From: Acidobacteriota bacterium
GTDB lineage: Bacteria > Acidobacteriota > UBA890 > WLXD01
Assembly (NCBI GenBank): GCA_963666055.2
Contig: CAXWPH010000007.1
Coordinates: 32,001 to 96,000 of the forward strand
DNA length: 64,000 bases
Reading direction: 5' to 3'
Every line of letters begins with the position of its first letter. Within the stretch, counting starts at the first letter, position 1. Position numbers and translations under genes: made by a program. Shown piece after piece: positions 18,836 through 29,599 of this stretch. The notes under the pieces are model-generated. The model saw nothing but the letters and a program-made list of their open reading frames with translations, did not search any database and had not been told where the DNA came from.

Positions 18836-20473
18836 TCAGCCCCTTCCCTCGTGAACGACGCGACCCCCTACAACCGTGGTCTCTACCTGCAAGTCTTTTA
18901 ACGCATCCACCGGAATCTCGAAGGGATCCTCCGAGAGAACGATCAAATCCGCCAGCTTGCCGGTCTCGAGCGATCCTTTGCTGGCTTCCTCGAAACCCGC
19001 GTAGGCAGAGTACGTCGTATAGAGGCGAATCGCCTCCAACACGTCGAGGCCTTCTTCGGGGCAGATCGAACGACCACTTCGGGTTTTTCGCGCCACGACA
19101 CACCAGATGCTCCACCACGGATTCAACGCCTCGGGCTCCGTTCCCATACAGTCGGAGTTGCCCGGCGGCATGAAGCCCTCATCCAACAACGATCGATACG
19201 GGACGACCTTTTGACCCGGCGGGGCGGAGTCGAGCCAGGCATCCCCGTACCATCCCCAGGAGCTGTACGGAGTCGGAACCGGAATAATTCCCGACTTCTT
19301 CAAACGCGCCAGGCCCTCGGGCCAATAGTCGCCGGCGAAATGCTCGATGCGGTGACGATGATCCGATTTCGGGAAATCGCGCAGTGCGGCCTCGATGGCG
19401 CAGATCGCCATCTCCTGACCTTCGCGCGATGTCGCGTGCATCATCACGCGGATGCCGGCACGGTGGGCGCCGGCAACGAGGGCATCGAGCCGATCCTGCC
19501 CAATTCGAGGCCATTCTTGTGCGACGCCGTTCTCGTCACGCCCTTCGCCATCGACGAAGATCTTTGCGCTTCCGAATTTGATCCAGTCGTTGCCAAAACC
19601 GGTCTGCAAGCCAAGGTTCAACAGGGAGTCCATCTCCAGCGTATGCTGCAAGCCCCAAACGCAGGGGCAGAGCTGGACACGCAGGGGCAAATCTCCATCT
19701 CTGTAGAGTTCCTGATAAACGCGCGCGCTATCGGGCCAACTCACGAACTCGTGGATACCCGTCACGCCGAAACGACTGGCTTCTTCGCAGGTTTGGCGAA
19801 TGGCGCGACGCAGCTCGTCGTATTTCCAGGGGCTACTCCGCGGAAAGATCCAATCGATGCATTCGTTCACCACACCGGTCGGTTCACCGGTCGCAGAATC
19901 TCGGCGTACTCTTGCCCGCGGAGCGACTTCGTCTAACTCTTCTTGCGTCGGACGATCTCGGGTAATGCCCACGAGCTGAAGCGCCTTGCTGTTGAGCAGC
20001 TGTGAATGCGCGCTGTAGCGGATCATGACGGGGTGGCGCGGAGCAATTGCGTCGAGTTGATCCTTGCTGGGTGAGCTTCCGTCGACTTCGAGCGTGAACC
20101 GCCCCTGGCCGATGATCCACTCGCCGGCGTGAGTTTCCAGCGCCGCCTGCTTGACGAAATTCAAGATGGCTTCCTTGGACCCAGTGGTACCGAGAACTTC
20201 GACGTAGTCGACGGGTGGGATGTGGCAACTGGTAGCGAGTTTCGTATTGACGGCCGCACAGTCCACGTGAACGTGGGTATCGATGAACCCGGGAAGAACG
20301 ACGCGGCCCTCTAGATCGATCGTTCGAGTGTTCTTGCCGCACAGGGATTCGACATCGGTATTCGTGCCAACCGCAATGAATCGATCGCCGCCGACCGCCA
20401 GCGCCTGGACGGCAGAGCCCGCAGCGTCCATCGTGACGATCTTGCCGTTCAATAGGACCAGGTCCGCTTGCAT
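18836..20473 (-). CDS. Amidohydrolase 3 (YtcJ/NfdA-like)
   Basis: ADLVLLNGKIVT, PGFIDTHVH, KIFVDG, MHA, HRHRIEH, NSD, KGSLETGKLADL. Confidence 0.92.
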   Translation of the reverse strand: MQADLVLLNGKIVTMDAAGSAVQALAVGGDRFIAVGTNTDVESLCGKNTRTIDLEGRVVLPGFIDTHVHVDCAAVNTKLATSCHIPPVDYVEVLGTTGSKEAILNFVKQAALETHAGEWIIGQGRFTLEVDGSSPSKDQLDAIAPRHPVMIRYSAHSQLLNSKALQLVGITRDRPTQEELDEVAPRARVRRDSATGEPTGVVNECIDWIFPRSSPWKYDELRRAIRQTCEEASRFGVTGIHEFVSWPDSARVYQELYRDGDLPLRVQLCPCVWGLQHTLEMDSLLNLGLQTGFGNDWIKFGSAKIFVDGEGRDENGVAQEWPRIGQDRLDALVAGAHRAGIRVMMHATSREGQEMAICAIEAALRDFPKSDHRHRIEHFAGDYWPEGLARLKKSGIIPVPTPYSSWGWYGDAWLDSAPPGQKVVPYRSLLDEGFMPPGNSDCMGTEPEALNPWWSIWCVVARKTRSGRSICPEEGLDVLEAIRLYTTYSAYAGFEEASKGSLETGKLADLIVLSEDPFEIPVDALKDLQVETTVVGGRVVHEGRG

Positions 20474-20488
20474 CCTCTAACTCATTCT

Positions 20489-20767
20489 CTAGCAGGCCGT
20501 GGTGAAAGTGTGGTGGGTCTGGTTGCGGCGAGTTGGGGCCAGATGGAAGGCGGCCTGACACAGGCGATGCCCTAGCCATCGTCGAGGAAGGCCAACGCCA
20601 CAGATGGCCCCAAATCGCCGTAACCCTTCGGGCGATAGGGGGTTGCGCGCGTATGCTGCGTCGTTCCTCGTCAACGATGGGGTAACCATCGCCTCCTCCT
20701 CTCTCCTTGCCTCCACTTCGCAAGTCCCTGTCGCCAGACCCACCACACTTTCACCACGGCCTGCTAG
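20489..20767. mobile_element. MITE family A, copy 2 (279 bp)
   Basis: Perfect 34-nt TIR including CTAG; the right CTAG supplies the cupin stop codon. Confidence 0.92.
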
Positions 20768-21210
20768 GTCACCTTATCGAGCCGCGGAACGCCGCTGCGC
20801 GGCGATGACATGTAGTAGAAGAACTTGCCCGGTGAGCTCCCGGTGTTCTTCACTTTGTACTTCCAGCCCGTGGGATAATATGCGCAGTCGCCCTCTTTGA
20901 GCTCGTAGAATTCGTCCAGATTGGCGGCGTCTTTTCCCCACCAAACCGTAAACTCGCCATACAGGATGTAGTAGAACTCGTCACAGGCGCCATAGTGGTG
21001 CGGCGCCGTTCCATCGTCTTCTTCTTCGAGTGCGAATACGCACGTTTCATCACCCGGTTCCATGTAACAGACACCGAGGCGGCCCACGTTCTCCACCTCG
21101 AAGAGTTTCTTGATGGGAACGGAGATGTAGTGGCTGGCGTCGTGGCCGGGCCCCACCATCTTCACGTCGCCTTCCCTCACGACCTGCGGCTTGACTTCAC
21201 TTTCGGTCAT
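20764..21210 (-). CDS. Cupin domain protein
   Basis: PHHYGACDEFYYILYGEF..LKEGDCAYYPTGWKYKVKNTG; GGAG before ATG 21210. Confidence 0.85.
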   Translation of the reverse strand: MTESEVKPQVVREGDVKMVGPGHDASHYISVPIKKLFEVENVGRLGVCYMEPGDETCVFALEEEDDGTAPHHYGACDEFYYILYGEFTVWWGKDAANLDEFYELKEGDCAYYPTGWKYKVKNTGSSPGKFFYYMSSPRSGVPRLDKVT

Positions 21211-21548
21211 GGCGTTGGCTCCTCTGCGGGCCCGATGATTGCGGTATCTGACCTGACGAAGACCTCGGCGGCAGGCTGTTCCCAACCCTGCCAGCGGATC
21301 TCTTCGGTTTGATGGCAAGTGCCTTGGGTTTGCTGATAGCAACCCCGCTCACCCAGGGTGTCGACCCGCCATGGCCGCTACGCGATGCAGAGGGCAACGT
21401 CGTGCCGTTGCATGATCGGCTCGGGATTCTCAACCCGTTTGCTCGTGCCGCACCGCAGAAACGCTGAAGGTGCGCTCACCGAGCCCCCCTGGTTGCGCCA
21501 TGGAAACCGGCACGCGAATAGGGCTCCTACGATCCTCGTCCCCGGTCG

Positions 21549-21692
21549 CACTATGACGGCTGGGCGGCGCAATACAACGACGACTTGCTCAACGATTACG
21601 GCTACACCGCCCACAAGATCGCATCGGTCGCTTTCGCTCACATCGTCGCGGATAGGCAAAGCCGGATCATCGACGTCGGCTGCGGTACCGGT
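21549..21692 (+). pseudogene. Class I SAM methyltransferase N-terminal fragment
   Basis: HYDGWAAQYNDDL..YGYTAH..RIIDVGCGTG, then homology is lost. Confidence 0.7.
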
Positions 21693-21926
21693 CGACCGGC
21701 CCGGCAAACTCATCATCGCCCGCCGCAGCGGCTAGAGTGGAAGCGGACACCCTATGACACAGGCAGATATCGCCCGCGCCTAGCGCCGCCCACGGGCGAT
21801 CAATGATCGGTAAGATGCTCGGCGCGCCGCCACTACCAGACCCTTCTTCCCTGTCAGCACCAGTGCTACGCGCGTGGATCTGTTCAAACTTCGTACAAAA
21901 GGCGCTTGCTTGCTTTTCCTGTCGAG

Positions 21927-23173
21927 CTACTCTCCCACAACAATGAGATCCAGCGGCGACTCTAGCGGCTGATACGCGGTATCCGCTTTGAACATCAGTG
22001 TATCGACGTAATAGGTGATTCCCGACATGCCGGGCGAGAAAAACTGGCTCTCGAAATTAACCACCGTCCCCGGCTCAAGAATCCTATCCGTCTCGGTATC
22101 CGTCATCTCGTAGACGTAATTGCCGACCCAATCGGGCGGAAACGCGAGGCCGAGCTCATACCCGCCGACCCAGGCGGCATCGGACCAAATGCCGACCTCG
22201 TCGTAATAGGCCCTGGTCTTGGTCACGAGCTCTGCAACCGGCAGGTTCGGACGCAGCATCTCGGCGATCACATCGAAAACACCCGTGGACCGCCGCTGAT
22301 AGTCCATCACGTCCTTGGTGGGTTCGCCGACGTGAAATGACCGTCCGGCATTGCAGTGATAGCGGTTGAACACGCCACTGACATCGACGTTGACTTGTTC
22401 GCCCGCCTTGATCACCTTTCGGCTGGCCAGCGAATGGCCGCAATTGGCTTTCAGCCCCGAATTCACCGGCAACGTGATTCCCGGGTTCTCTCCGCCTGCC
22501 TTCGCCATGGCACAGGCGATCTCGCCGTAAACGTCGAGCTCCGTGACACCCGGCCGGATGGCATTCTTCGCCGCCTGCAGACCGATGTCGGTGATTGCCG
22601 CGGCCTTTTCGATACAAGCGATCTCGGCCTCCGATTTGACCCAACGAATATCGCGTAAGATATCGCTCCCGTCGGTCACGGTCATATCAGTGCTCGCGAA
22701 AGCGTCACGAAACCGTTTGCTGATGGCGGGATTGGGCCGATAGCTGTGAAATTCCATTCCCACCGTGCCAGAAGACATCCAGCCCTGAGATTTCAGTTCG
22801 CCGACAATGAATGAAATCCCATCCCGACGCCCCCCCCCAGGGGGAAGATCCGGATGTCCTTAGCGCACGTCACGAAGCGACACATAATACCTTCGCTGGG
22901 CGTGTCGAACAGGATGAAGTCCTCACCGTCCTTGTGAATTGCAATTCCGCTTGTGGCGGGCCATTGTTTGGGGCCTTGCGCCTGATACCAGATGCATTTG
23001 TAGCCGCTCACATAGTAAAGGCTCTCAGGGGCCATGAGCCACAAGACATCAATGCCATTGTCATCCATGCGCGCCCGGATGCGCTGAAGGCGGTGTTGAA
23101 ACTCTTCCATGCTGAACGCCAACTCCACCTCGGGCTGGCACTCCTCAAGGGCACGGTCGCGATTGATTCCCAC
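21927..23173 (-). CDS. M24/creatinase-fold hydrolase, ectoine hydrolase (EutD/DoeA)-like; frameshift near 22830
   Basis: FSMEEFQHRLQRIRARM..IDVL..YYVSGY; RWVKSEAEI; GVFNRYH; GYELGLAFPPDW; break at a C8 run. Confidence 0.8.
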
Positions 23174-23352
23174 TGACCCTCTCCTTCCTTGCCATGCTTT
23201 CTTCCCTTGACCCGGCAGTCTACGGCCTCGCAGTCACATCATGTCCGGAACGGATTTGTAACTAACCGTATGATCCCTGCCGCTTTGACCCTGCCACCTA
23301 GCTTACTCTCATCGACGAGAGCGGCCACTCATGACGACAACAGGAGCGTCCG

Positions 23353-23667
23353 GTGTATGACATCGATCCTTTGAGAACGGACCTCGCGGAAGAGTTTCGC
23401 AGCAACCCCGGCGGACCCCATAGCCCCGAGCTCACACTCGTTGTGAACCGGTTGCGAATCATGCCAATGGCTGATCTCCATATTCTCGTTTGCACGCAGC
23501 GCGGCCGCGAATGGATACTCGCCAGAATGCCATCGACACGCGGCACCAGACTGGAACTCTTCGAAGACCATGTCTTTGACGACTACTATGACGGTGTATG
23601 GGAGGTTTTCAAGAGACGTTGGCGTACGGTGACAGGCACAGACCTATCAGGAATGGATCGCCAGTGA
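23353..23667 (+). CDS. dmfA1: N,N-dimethylformamidase small-subunit-like protein
   Basis: EEFRSNPGGPHSPELTLVVNRLR..W.LARMP..RG..WEVFKRRW; directly upstream of the large subunit. Confidence 0.75.
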   Translation: MYDIDPLRTDLAEEFRSNPGGPHSPELTLVVNRLRIMPMADLHILVCTQRGREWILARMPSTRGTRLELFEDHVFDDYYDGVWEVFKRRWRTVTGTDLSGMDRQ

Positions 23668-23683
23668 CCGTGGAGCTGGTTGC

Positions 23684-25915
23684 GTGAAAACGATACTGGG
23701 ATACGCAAACGTGTGGGGGATCGCACCGGGAGAGACGCTCAACGTCATGGTGAGCACGTACGGTCCTGAGCGCTATCGAGCCGATCTGGTTCGCATCATC
23801 TGCGGTGACGACAACCCCGACCATGATATCTATCGTGAAGAAGAACTTGATGCACCTTTCAGCGGTGAGTATCCGGGCCGGTTGCAGCCGATCGACTGCG
23901 GATCCTATGCAGTGGTACCCATTTCCCTTGAACTTGACGCCCTAGACAGCTTCACCGTTTTGGCGTGGATATGGCCGACCACGCCACATAAGGGAGAGCA
24001 AGGCCTCATTGCCCGGTGGCAGGACGATCCAGCCCTCGGGTTTGCTCTGCTGATCGACGACACTGGCGCGCTTGCCATGCGGGTGGCCGACGGCGGCGGA
24101 AAGGTGGCTGAGATCAGCACGGGCGAGCCGCTGGCGATGCGGCGCTGGTATCTGGTAAGCGGCTCGTATGATGCGCTGGCGGGCAAACTCAGCGTCTGCC
24201 AGGAACCCGTCAATGTCGACCATGAAAGTCTCAAGGTCGCCAACACAACGAGCCGGGTTGAACTCAACGCCGTGGCCAAATCGGATTCACCGCTCATGTT
24301 TGCGGCATTACCCATGACGCTAGCGACAGGGAAACCTGGATCTCGATGTCACTACAATGGCAAGATCGACCGGCCGCGCCTGACTGCCCGGGCGTTGTCT
24401 GCCGCGGAACGTTCAGCGTTGGCCCGGGATGCACTACCCCATGAACGAAGCACTGACGTGATTGGTGCCTGGGATTTCTCACGCGACATTGGTGGTGCCG
24501 CCATAAGTGATGTTGGTCCTAACGGCCTTCACGGGAATACCGTCAACCTGCCATCACGCGGTTGCAAAGGTTACAACTGGAGCGGCACGGAGCAGAACTG
24601 GGGTCACGCACCACAGGAATATGGCGCTATCCATTTCCACGACGATGACCTCTATGACGTCGGATGGAAGGCGGATTTCGAATACGTCGTGCCCGATGAT
24701 CTGCGAAGTGGTGTTTACGCGGTACGGCTGAAAACCGACGACGACGAATCGTACGTTACCTTCTTCGTACGACCATCTCGGGGCACCACCACCTCAAAAC
24801 TCGCCTTCCTGGTTTCGACAGTAACCTACATGGCGTATTCGAACTATCACTGGTTATTCCATGAACGCTTTTGCGAAGTGACCGAGGCCTTGTGGACCAC
24901 GTTGGACAAAGGCGACGTTTTCCTGCAGGAACACAACGAACTCGGGTTATCGACCTACGACACCCATTCTGACGGCAGCGGTGTGCGCTATGCGTCACGA
25001 TTACGTCCGGTGCTCAATATGGCACCAAAGACCCCTTTGTGGAGTTTCAATGCCGATACCCACATTCTGGGTTGGCTGGACGCTCAGGGTATTGAATACG
25101 ATGTCATCACTGATGAGCACCTTCACGAGGAAGGTGCCGCGTTACTTGATGAATACCAGGCCGTACTGACGGGTACCCATCCTGAGTATTACACCACACC
25201 CATGTGGGACGGATTACGCGCCTATCTCGCACGAGCGGGTCGTTTAGTCTATCTAGGCGGCAACGGTTTCATATGGCGCTGCGCCCTTTCATCCGAAATG
25301 CCCGGCGTAGTCGAGTTGCGCCGGCCAGAGGACGGTATTCGGTACCGTGACGAGGAACCCGGTGAGTACTATCTGGGATTCACCGGAGAATATGGTGGTT
25401 TGTGGCGACGCCTCGGTATGGCACCACAGGCTTTGGTCGGCGTAGGCACGGTCGCCGTCGGGTTTGATGCTTCCGGTTATTACAAGCGTAGGGAGGCGAG
25501 CTTCGATCCTCGCGTGAGTTTCATATTCGAGGGCATCGGTGATGACGAAGTGATCGGCGATTTCGGTATTCGCGGCGGCGGTGCCAGTGGCTCTGAAATC
25601 GATGCTGCGGACCCGATGCTGGGAACACCGTCCCATGCCTTAGTCGTTGCTAGTTCCGAAGGCCATACTGAACATACCTACTTGGTGCCAGACGAGACTG
25701 GCTTTCATCATAGCGCCATGGATGGGGTTCAGAACCCACGCATTCGAGCGGATATGACGTTCTTTGAAACACCTGGAGGAGGTGCGGTATTCTCCGTTGG
25801 ATCTATCGCGTGGAGTGCGAGCCTTCCGCACAATGGTTATGACAACAACGTGTCCAGAATTTCGGCGAACGTGGTCCGGCGCTTCCTGGATGATAGGCCG
25901 TTTGCCATGCCGTAA
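23684..25915 (+). CDS. dmfA2: N,N-dimethylformamidase large-subunit-like protein
   Basis: LamG-like insert, YNGKIDRP, YGAIHFHDDDL, TYMAYSN, GLSTYDTHSDGSG, GTHPEY, YLGGNGF, GSEID, GAVFSVGSIAW, NNVSRISANV. Confidence 0.92.
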   Translation: MKTILGYANVWGIAPGETLNVMVSTYGPERYRADLVRIICGDDNPDHDIYREEELDAPFSGEYPGRLQPIDCGSYAVVPISLELDALDSFTVLAWIWPTTPHKGEQGLIARWQDDPALGFALLIDDTGALAMRVADGGGKVAEISTGEPLAMRRWYLVSGSYDALAGKLSVCQEPVNVDHESLKVANTTSRVELNAVAKSDSPLMFAALPMTLATGKPGSRCHYNGKIDRPRLTARALSAAERSALARDALPHERSTDVIGAWDFSRDIGGAAISDVGPNGLHGNTVNLPSRGCKGYNWSGTEQNWGHAPQEYGAIHFHDDDLYDVGWKADFEYVVPDDLRSGVYAVRLKTDDDESYVTFFVRPSRGTTTSKLAFLVSTVTYMAYSNYHWLFHERFCEVTEALWTTLDKGDVFLQEHNELGLSTYDTHSDGSGVRYASRLRPVLNMAPKTPLWSFNADTHILGWLDAQGIEYDVITDEHLHEEGAALLDEYQAVLTGTHPEYYTTPMWDGLRAYLARAGRLVYLGGNGFIWRCALSSEMPGVVELRRPEDGIRYRDEEPGEYYLGFTGEYGGLWRRLGMAPQALVGVGTVAVGFDASGYYKRREASFDPRVSFIFEGIGDDEVIGDFGIRGGGASGSEIDAADPMLGTPSHALVVASSEGHTEHTYLVPDETGFHHSAMDGVQNPRIRADMTFFETPGGGAVFSVGSIAWSASLPHNGYDNNVSRISANVVRRFLDDRPFAMP

Positions 25916-25959
25916 TGATACGGTCCTGATCGCCATCCCACGATGGGGTCATGTAGACT

Positions 25960-27355
25960 TCATCTCCTCATGTTCAGTGCGGCGAACACAACGATTGAGA
26001 CCACGAGCCCCGGCCACAGCGGGTCGACCGAAAACACGTCGAGGTCGCTGAGAAACGAACCGACGTACAGAGTCAGCACCGTAGTCAGAGACAGCGTGAT
26101 GCTCCAGAAGGCGGCGTCTTTGCTGACGCCAGACATGTACACCATCGCTAGGGTCGGAATGAATAGGCCGGCAGAATTGACCGTAAAGGCGAGCAACAAG
26201 ATGTCGATGACGTCTCGCATGCCCCAGGCCATCAGAGTGGCCAGCGTGCCGATGACAAGCGACGCGCCCATGCTCATACGGAGCAGCTGTTTCGTTGCGA
26301 CCCCCGGATTCACATACCGCTTGTAGATATCGCAGGTGATATTCGCCGATGCAGTAAGAACGCAGATGTCGGCGCTCGACATCAGCGCAGCGAGAACCCC
26401 GACGAGCGCCAGGCCTTTCAGCCCTGTCGGGAACTCTTGCAGGATGAAGGTGGAGAGGATGCCGCTGCTCTCCGCGCCTGCAAACAGAATTGCAGATGTC
26501 ATGCCGAGCCAGACCGCGGCGATGGCAAACGGCACGAGAAAGGCCGCCGCAAGCAGGACGCCACGACGTGCCGCCGTTTCGCTTCTCGCGGAGAAGGTCC
26601 GAGTGAAGCTGTCCATGGCCACGAAAAAAGCTCAGTGGAATCGAAACAGCCATGCAGAGAATGGTTGGCCATCCCCAGCTACCAAGATCGAAAAAGGCAT
26701 CAGGCAGATCCGCCGTGAACGCCGCCCAGGTGCCCCCGCTGCTGATGGCGACCGGGATACCGACAAACACCACGCCGACGAACAGCAGCAGGAGCTGTAC
26801 CCAGTCGGTGTAGGTGACGGCGAGAAATCCGCCGGTGGCCGTGTACACGACGATGATGCCACTGGCCAGCAGCAAGGCAGCGGCGTAATCCCAACCCAGT
26901 AGGGTTTGGAGGATCGTTGCGGCTGCCGCCAGCTGCCCTGCGGAGAATCCGACATACGCGACGATGGTGGTGATCGTTGCGACGATACGTGTGCGGCTGT
27001 CGTATCGCGATTCGATGAAGTCGGGATACGTCAGCATCTTCTCCTGTAGCCCGGCTCGCTTCACTTGTTTGGCGAAGAACAACCCGAACAGCAGGCAACC
27101 GATAACGATCGACATGTTGAACCAGCCTGCCGAGATGCCGAACTCGAAGGCCTTGGCCGTACCGCCAACGATGGCTGCACCGCCTACCCAAGCGCCAATC
27201 CACAGGCAGGCGATAGAGAACGTGCCTGTTCTCCGGCCGCCAATGAAATAGTCTTCGATGCTCTCCTGCTGACGGCTGGCATAGATGCCGATGGCAAGCA
27301 GCAGTAAGAAGTACGCGAAGATGATGCCGGTATCCAGGCTACCCAGTTCGGTCAT
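25960..27355 (-). CDS. Sodium:solute symporter family; frameshift near 26610
   Basis: EDYFIGGR, YTATGGFLAVTYTDWVQ, AALMSSAD; many TM segments; break at an A6 run. Confidence 0.9.
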
Positions 27356-27589
27356 TCTTTGCGGCCCTGTTCCAAGACTCAGCCCAGCGTGAATCGTTGA
27401 GTTCGCAGAGGTTGGGCTAACCGCTCGCTGCCCAGCTCCACGTTGGGGCCAGAGTCATGACCACATCCAAGCCAGGACCAGGCGGGCAGTAATACCCAAC
27501 GCCGCGATGGCAAGCCATACCCACGCCGGTGTTGCTTTGCTATCACTCTTGTGCAGGGGTTCGGATTGCTTTTCCATCTTCTGCCTTCG

Positions 27590-27676
27590 CTAGCAGGCCG
27601 TGGTGGGAGTGTGGCGGGCCTGGTTGCGGCGAGTTGGGGCCGGATGCAAGGCGGCCTGACGCAAGCGATGCCCTAG
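27590..27676. mobile_element. MITE family A left end, interrupted at its internal CTAG by another copy
   Basis: CTAGCAGGCCGTGGTGGGAGTGTGGCGGGCCTGG...GCGATGCCCTAG, then a new left TIR begins. Confidence 0.88.
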
Positions 27677-27983
27677 CAGGCCGTGGTGGAAGTGTGGCGG
27701 GCCTGGTTGCGGCGAGTTGGGGCCAGATGCAAGGCGGCCTGACACTGGCGATGCCCTAGCCATCGTCGAGGAAGGGCAACGCTGCAGATGGCCCCAAATC
27801 ACCGTAACCCTTCGGGCGACAGGGGGTTGCGCGCGTATGCTGCGTCGTTCCTCGTCAACGATGGGGTAACCATCGCCTCCTCCTCTTCTCCTTGCCTCCA
27901 CCTCGGCCTGATCCGTGCGCGCACCGAGCGCGGCCGCAAGACCCTGTCGCCAGGCCCGCCTCACTTCCACCACGGCCTGCTAG
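27673..27983. mobile_element. MITE family A, copy 3 (311-bp variant)
   Basis: Same TIRs and core, with a longer segment near 27898-27940. Confidence 0.9.
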
Positions 27984-28065
27984 CTGCTCGCTTGTCGGCG
28001 CCCTTCCTTAGCGTAACTGCGCTTCGTCCGCGTGTACGCATACCTCGATCTCGTTCCGTTCAGCT

Positions 28066-29049
28066 TCATGACGAATCGTTCCAGTACTCGAGAAACGCCA
28101 TCAGCGTCTGCGCCGAGTTGTCTGCGGCGAGGCTCTGGAACACGCTGAGATTGCTGACATCGTTGCCACCGGCGAGGTCCGACAGCGAGCGGAAGGCCAG
28201 GAACGGGATCCGGTTCACGTAGGCAACGTGGGCGACCGCGGTGCTTTCCATGTCGAGGGCGTCGGCCTGGAACGTCTTCCACACCCACTGCCTGTAGGCG
28301 GCGTTCTCGACGAACGTTGCACCGCTAACCCCGTTGCCACCGACCACGACTCTCGGCACTGCCTCCAGGCAGTCGCCCATCCGATCGCAGCGCGCCAGCT
28401 TCACGTCCGACGCAACGCGGGTCGCCAGTTCGAGCATGGCCGGGTCGGCGGGAAACCAGAAGCGCGTTTCCTCGACCTCAGGCTCGGGCTCGGGCTCGCC
28501 GTCTTTCCGTGTGACCCGCTGGGAGCGCGGGAACATCATGCCGTAGTTGCCGAACTCCACCGGGCGGCCGCCGACATCCCACCCATCGGGCGTCTGGCGC
28601 GCGAACAAATGCTCTTGGTATTGCCCCCACAGGGCAGGCACGGCGACGTCGCCGATCGACAGCGTCGGATTCACACCACCCGCAACACCCGAGAAGATGA
28701 TCGCTCGCACCGAGAAGTGGTCAACTAGCGCCTGCGTCAGCATCGCGGCGTTGATCATGCCGCGGCCGCTGAGCACCAGCACCACGTCGACGCCGCGAAG
28801 CGCCCCGACGTGATGGGTGCGGCCGATGATGGCCCGCGTGGACTCGACGTCGGCCTCCGCCAGCAGCTGGTCCAGCTCCAGCGGCACGGCGGACACGATC
28901 GCCACACGTGCTGTCCGTTCGGCAATGACCGACTGGCCCGTCGCGGCCAGCGGTGCGCTGAGCGCCAACGGCGTGACCGCGAGCAGCAGAGCGAGTGCAC
29001 GCACTGCTCTACGGAATCCGTACTGCAAGCGACCACTCAATCGATGCAT
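28066..29049 (-). CDS. Secreted MTA/SAH nucleosidase-family protein
   Basis: AIVSAVPLE, SGRGMINAA, FSGVAGG, SGATFVEN, ALDMESTAVAHVA, FRSLSDLAG; signal-peptide-like N-terminus. Confidence 0.9.
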   Translation of the reverse strand: MHRLSGRLQYGFRRAVRALALLLAVTPLALSAPLAATGQSVIAERTARVAIVSAVPLELDQLLAEADVESTRAIIGRTHHVGALRGVDVVLVLSGRGMINAAMLTQALVDHFSVRAIIFSGVAGGVNPTLSIGDVAVPALWGQYQEHLFARQTPDGWDVGGRPVEFGNYGMMFPRSQRVTRKDGEPEPEPEVEETRFWFPADPAMLELATRVASDVKLARCDRMGDCLEAVPRVVVGGNGVSGATFVENAAYRQWVWKTFQADALDMESTAVAHVAYVNRIPFLAFRSLSDLAGGNDVSNLSVFQSLAADNSAQTLMAFLEYWNDSS

Positions 29050-29262
29050 GTCGGCCTCCCTCTCGACCGCTGGGCATAATCATTACCATACCGCCAAGTC
29101 TGGAGGGTCAGCCGGACGTGCGCGCCGCACCCCCTTCCGGGTGGTGCGCGACGAGATCAGTGTGCTGTAGCGGCCGCAATTTGGGGTTTCTGGCGATGGG
29201 TCCCCCCGTGCTAGCGTCGGTACAGGCGAGCGTTCGGAATAGCTAGCCTCGGAGGATCCGCC

Positions 29263-29487
29263 GTGTCGGAGTACCGGTTGCATCAAGTCTCGTTCGCTTG
29301 CCTGAACTGCGGCTACGACTTTCAGCAGTCGATCGCTGGGCTCACGGCGGCAATGAAGTTCAACTGCAAAGGGTGCGGGTACGCCAACAAGCTCGATACG
29401 AAACAGACCCGTCAGGTTCTCCAACAAGTGCTCGAGAATGGCGGAGACGAGCTGCGGCAAGCGATGCGTAGGTTCGTCGATCGTTGA
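29263..29487 (+). CDS. Small zinc-ribbon protein (74 aa)
   Basis: CLNCG..CKGCG; GGAGG upstream of the GTG. Confidence 0.65.
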   Translation: MSEYRLHQVSFACLNCGYDFQQSIAGLTAAMKFNCKGCGYANKLDTKQTRQVLQQVLENGGDELRQAMRRFVDR

Positions 29488-29544
29488 AGCGCCTCAGACG
29501 CGTAGAAAGCATCGAGCCGCGCCTGGCTGGCCGCCCGTCGGTTG

Positions 29545-29567
29545 CACACTTCACCACGGCCTGCTAG
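29545..29567. repeat. Orphan right TIR of MITE family A
   Basis: CACACTTCACCACGGCCTGCTAG. Confidence 0.75.
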
Positions 29568-29599
29568 ATAATCGCTCCGACACCCACCCGGAGTCGTCC

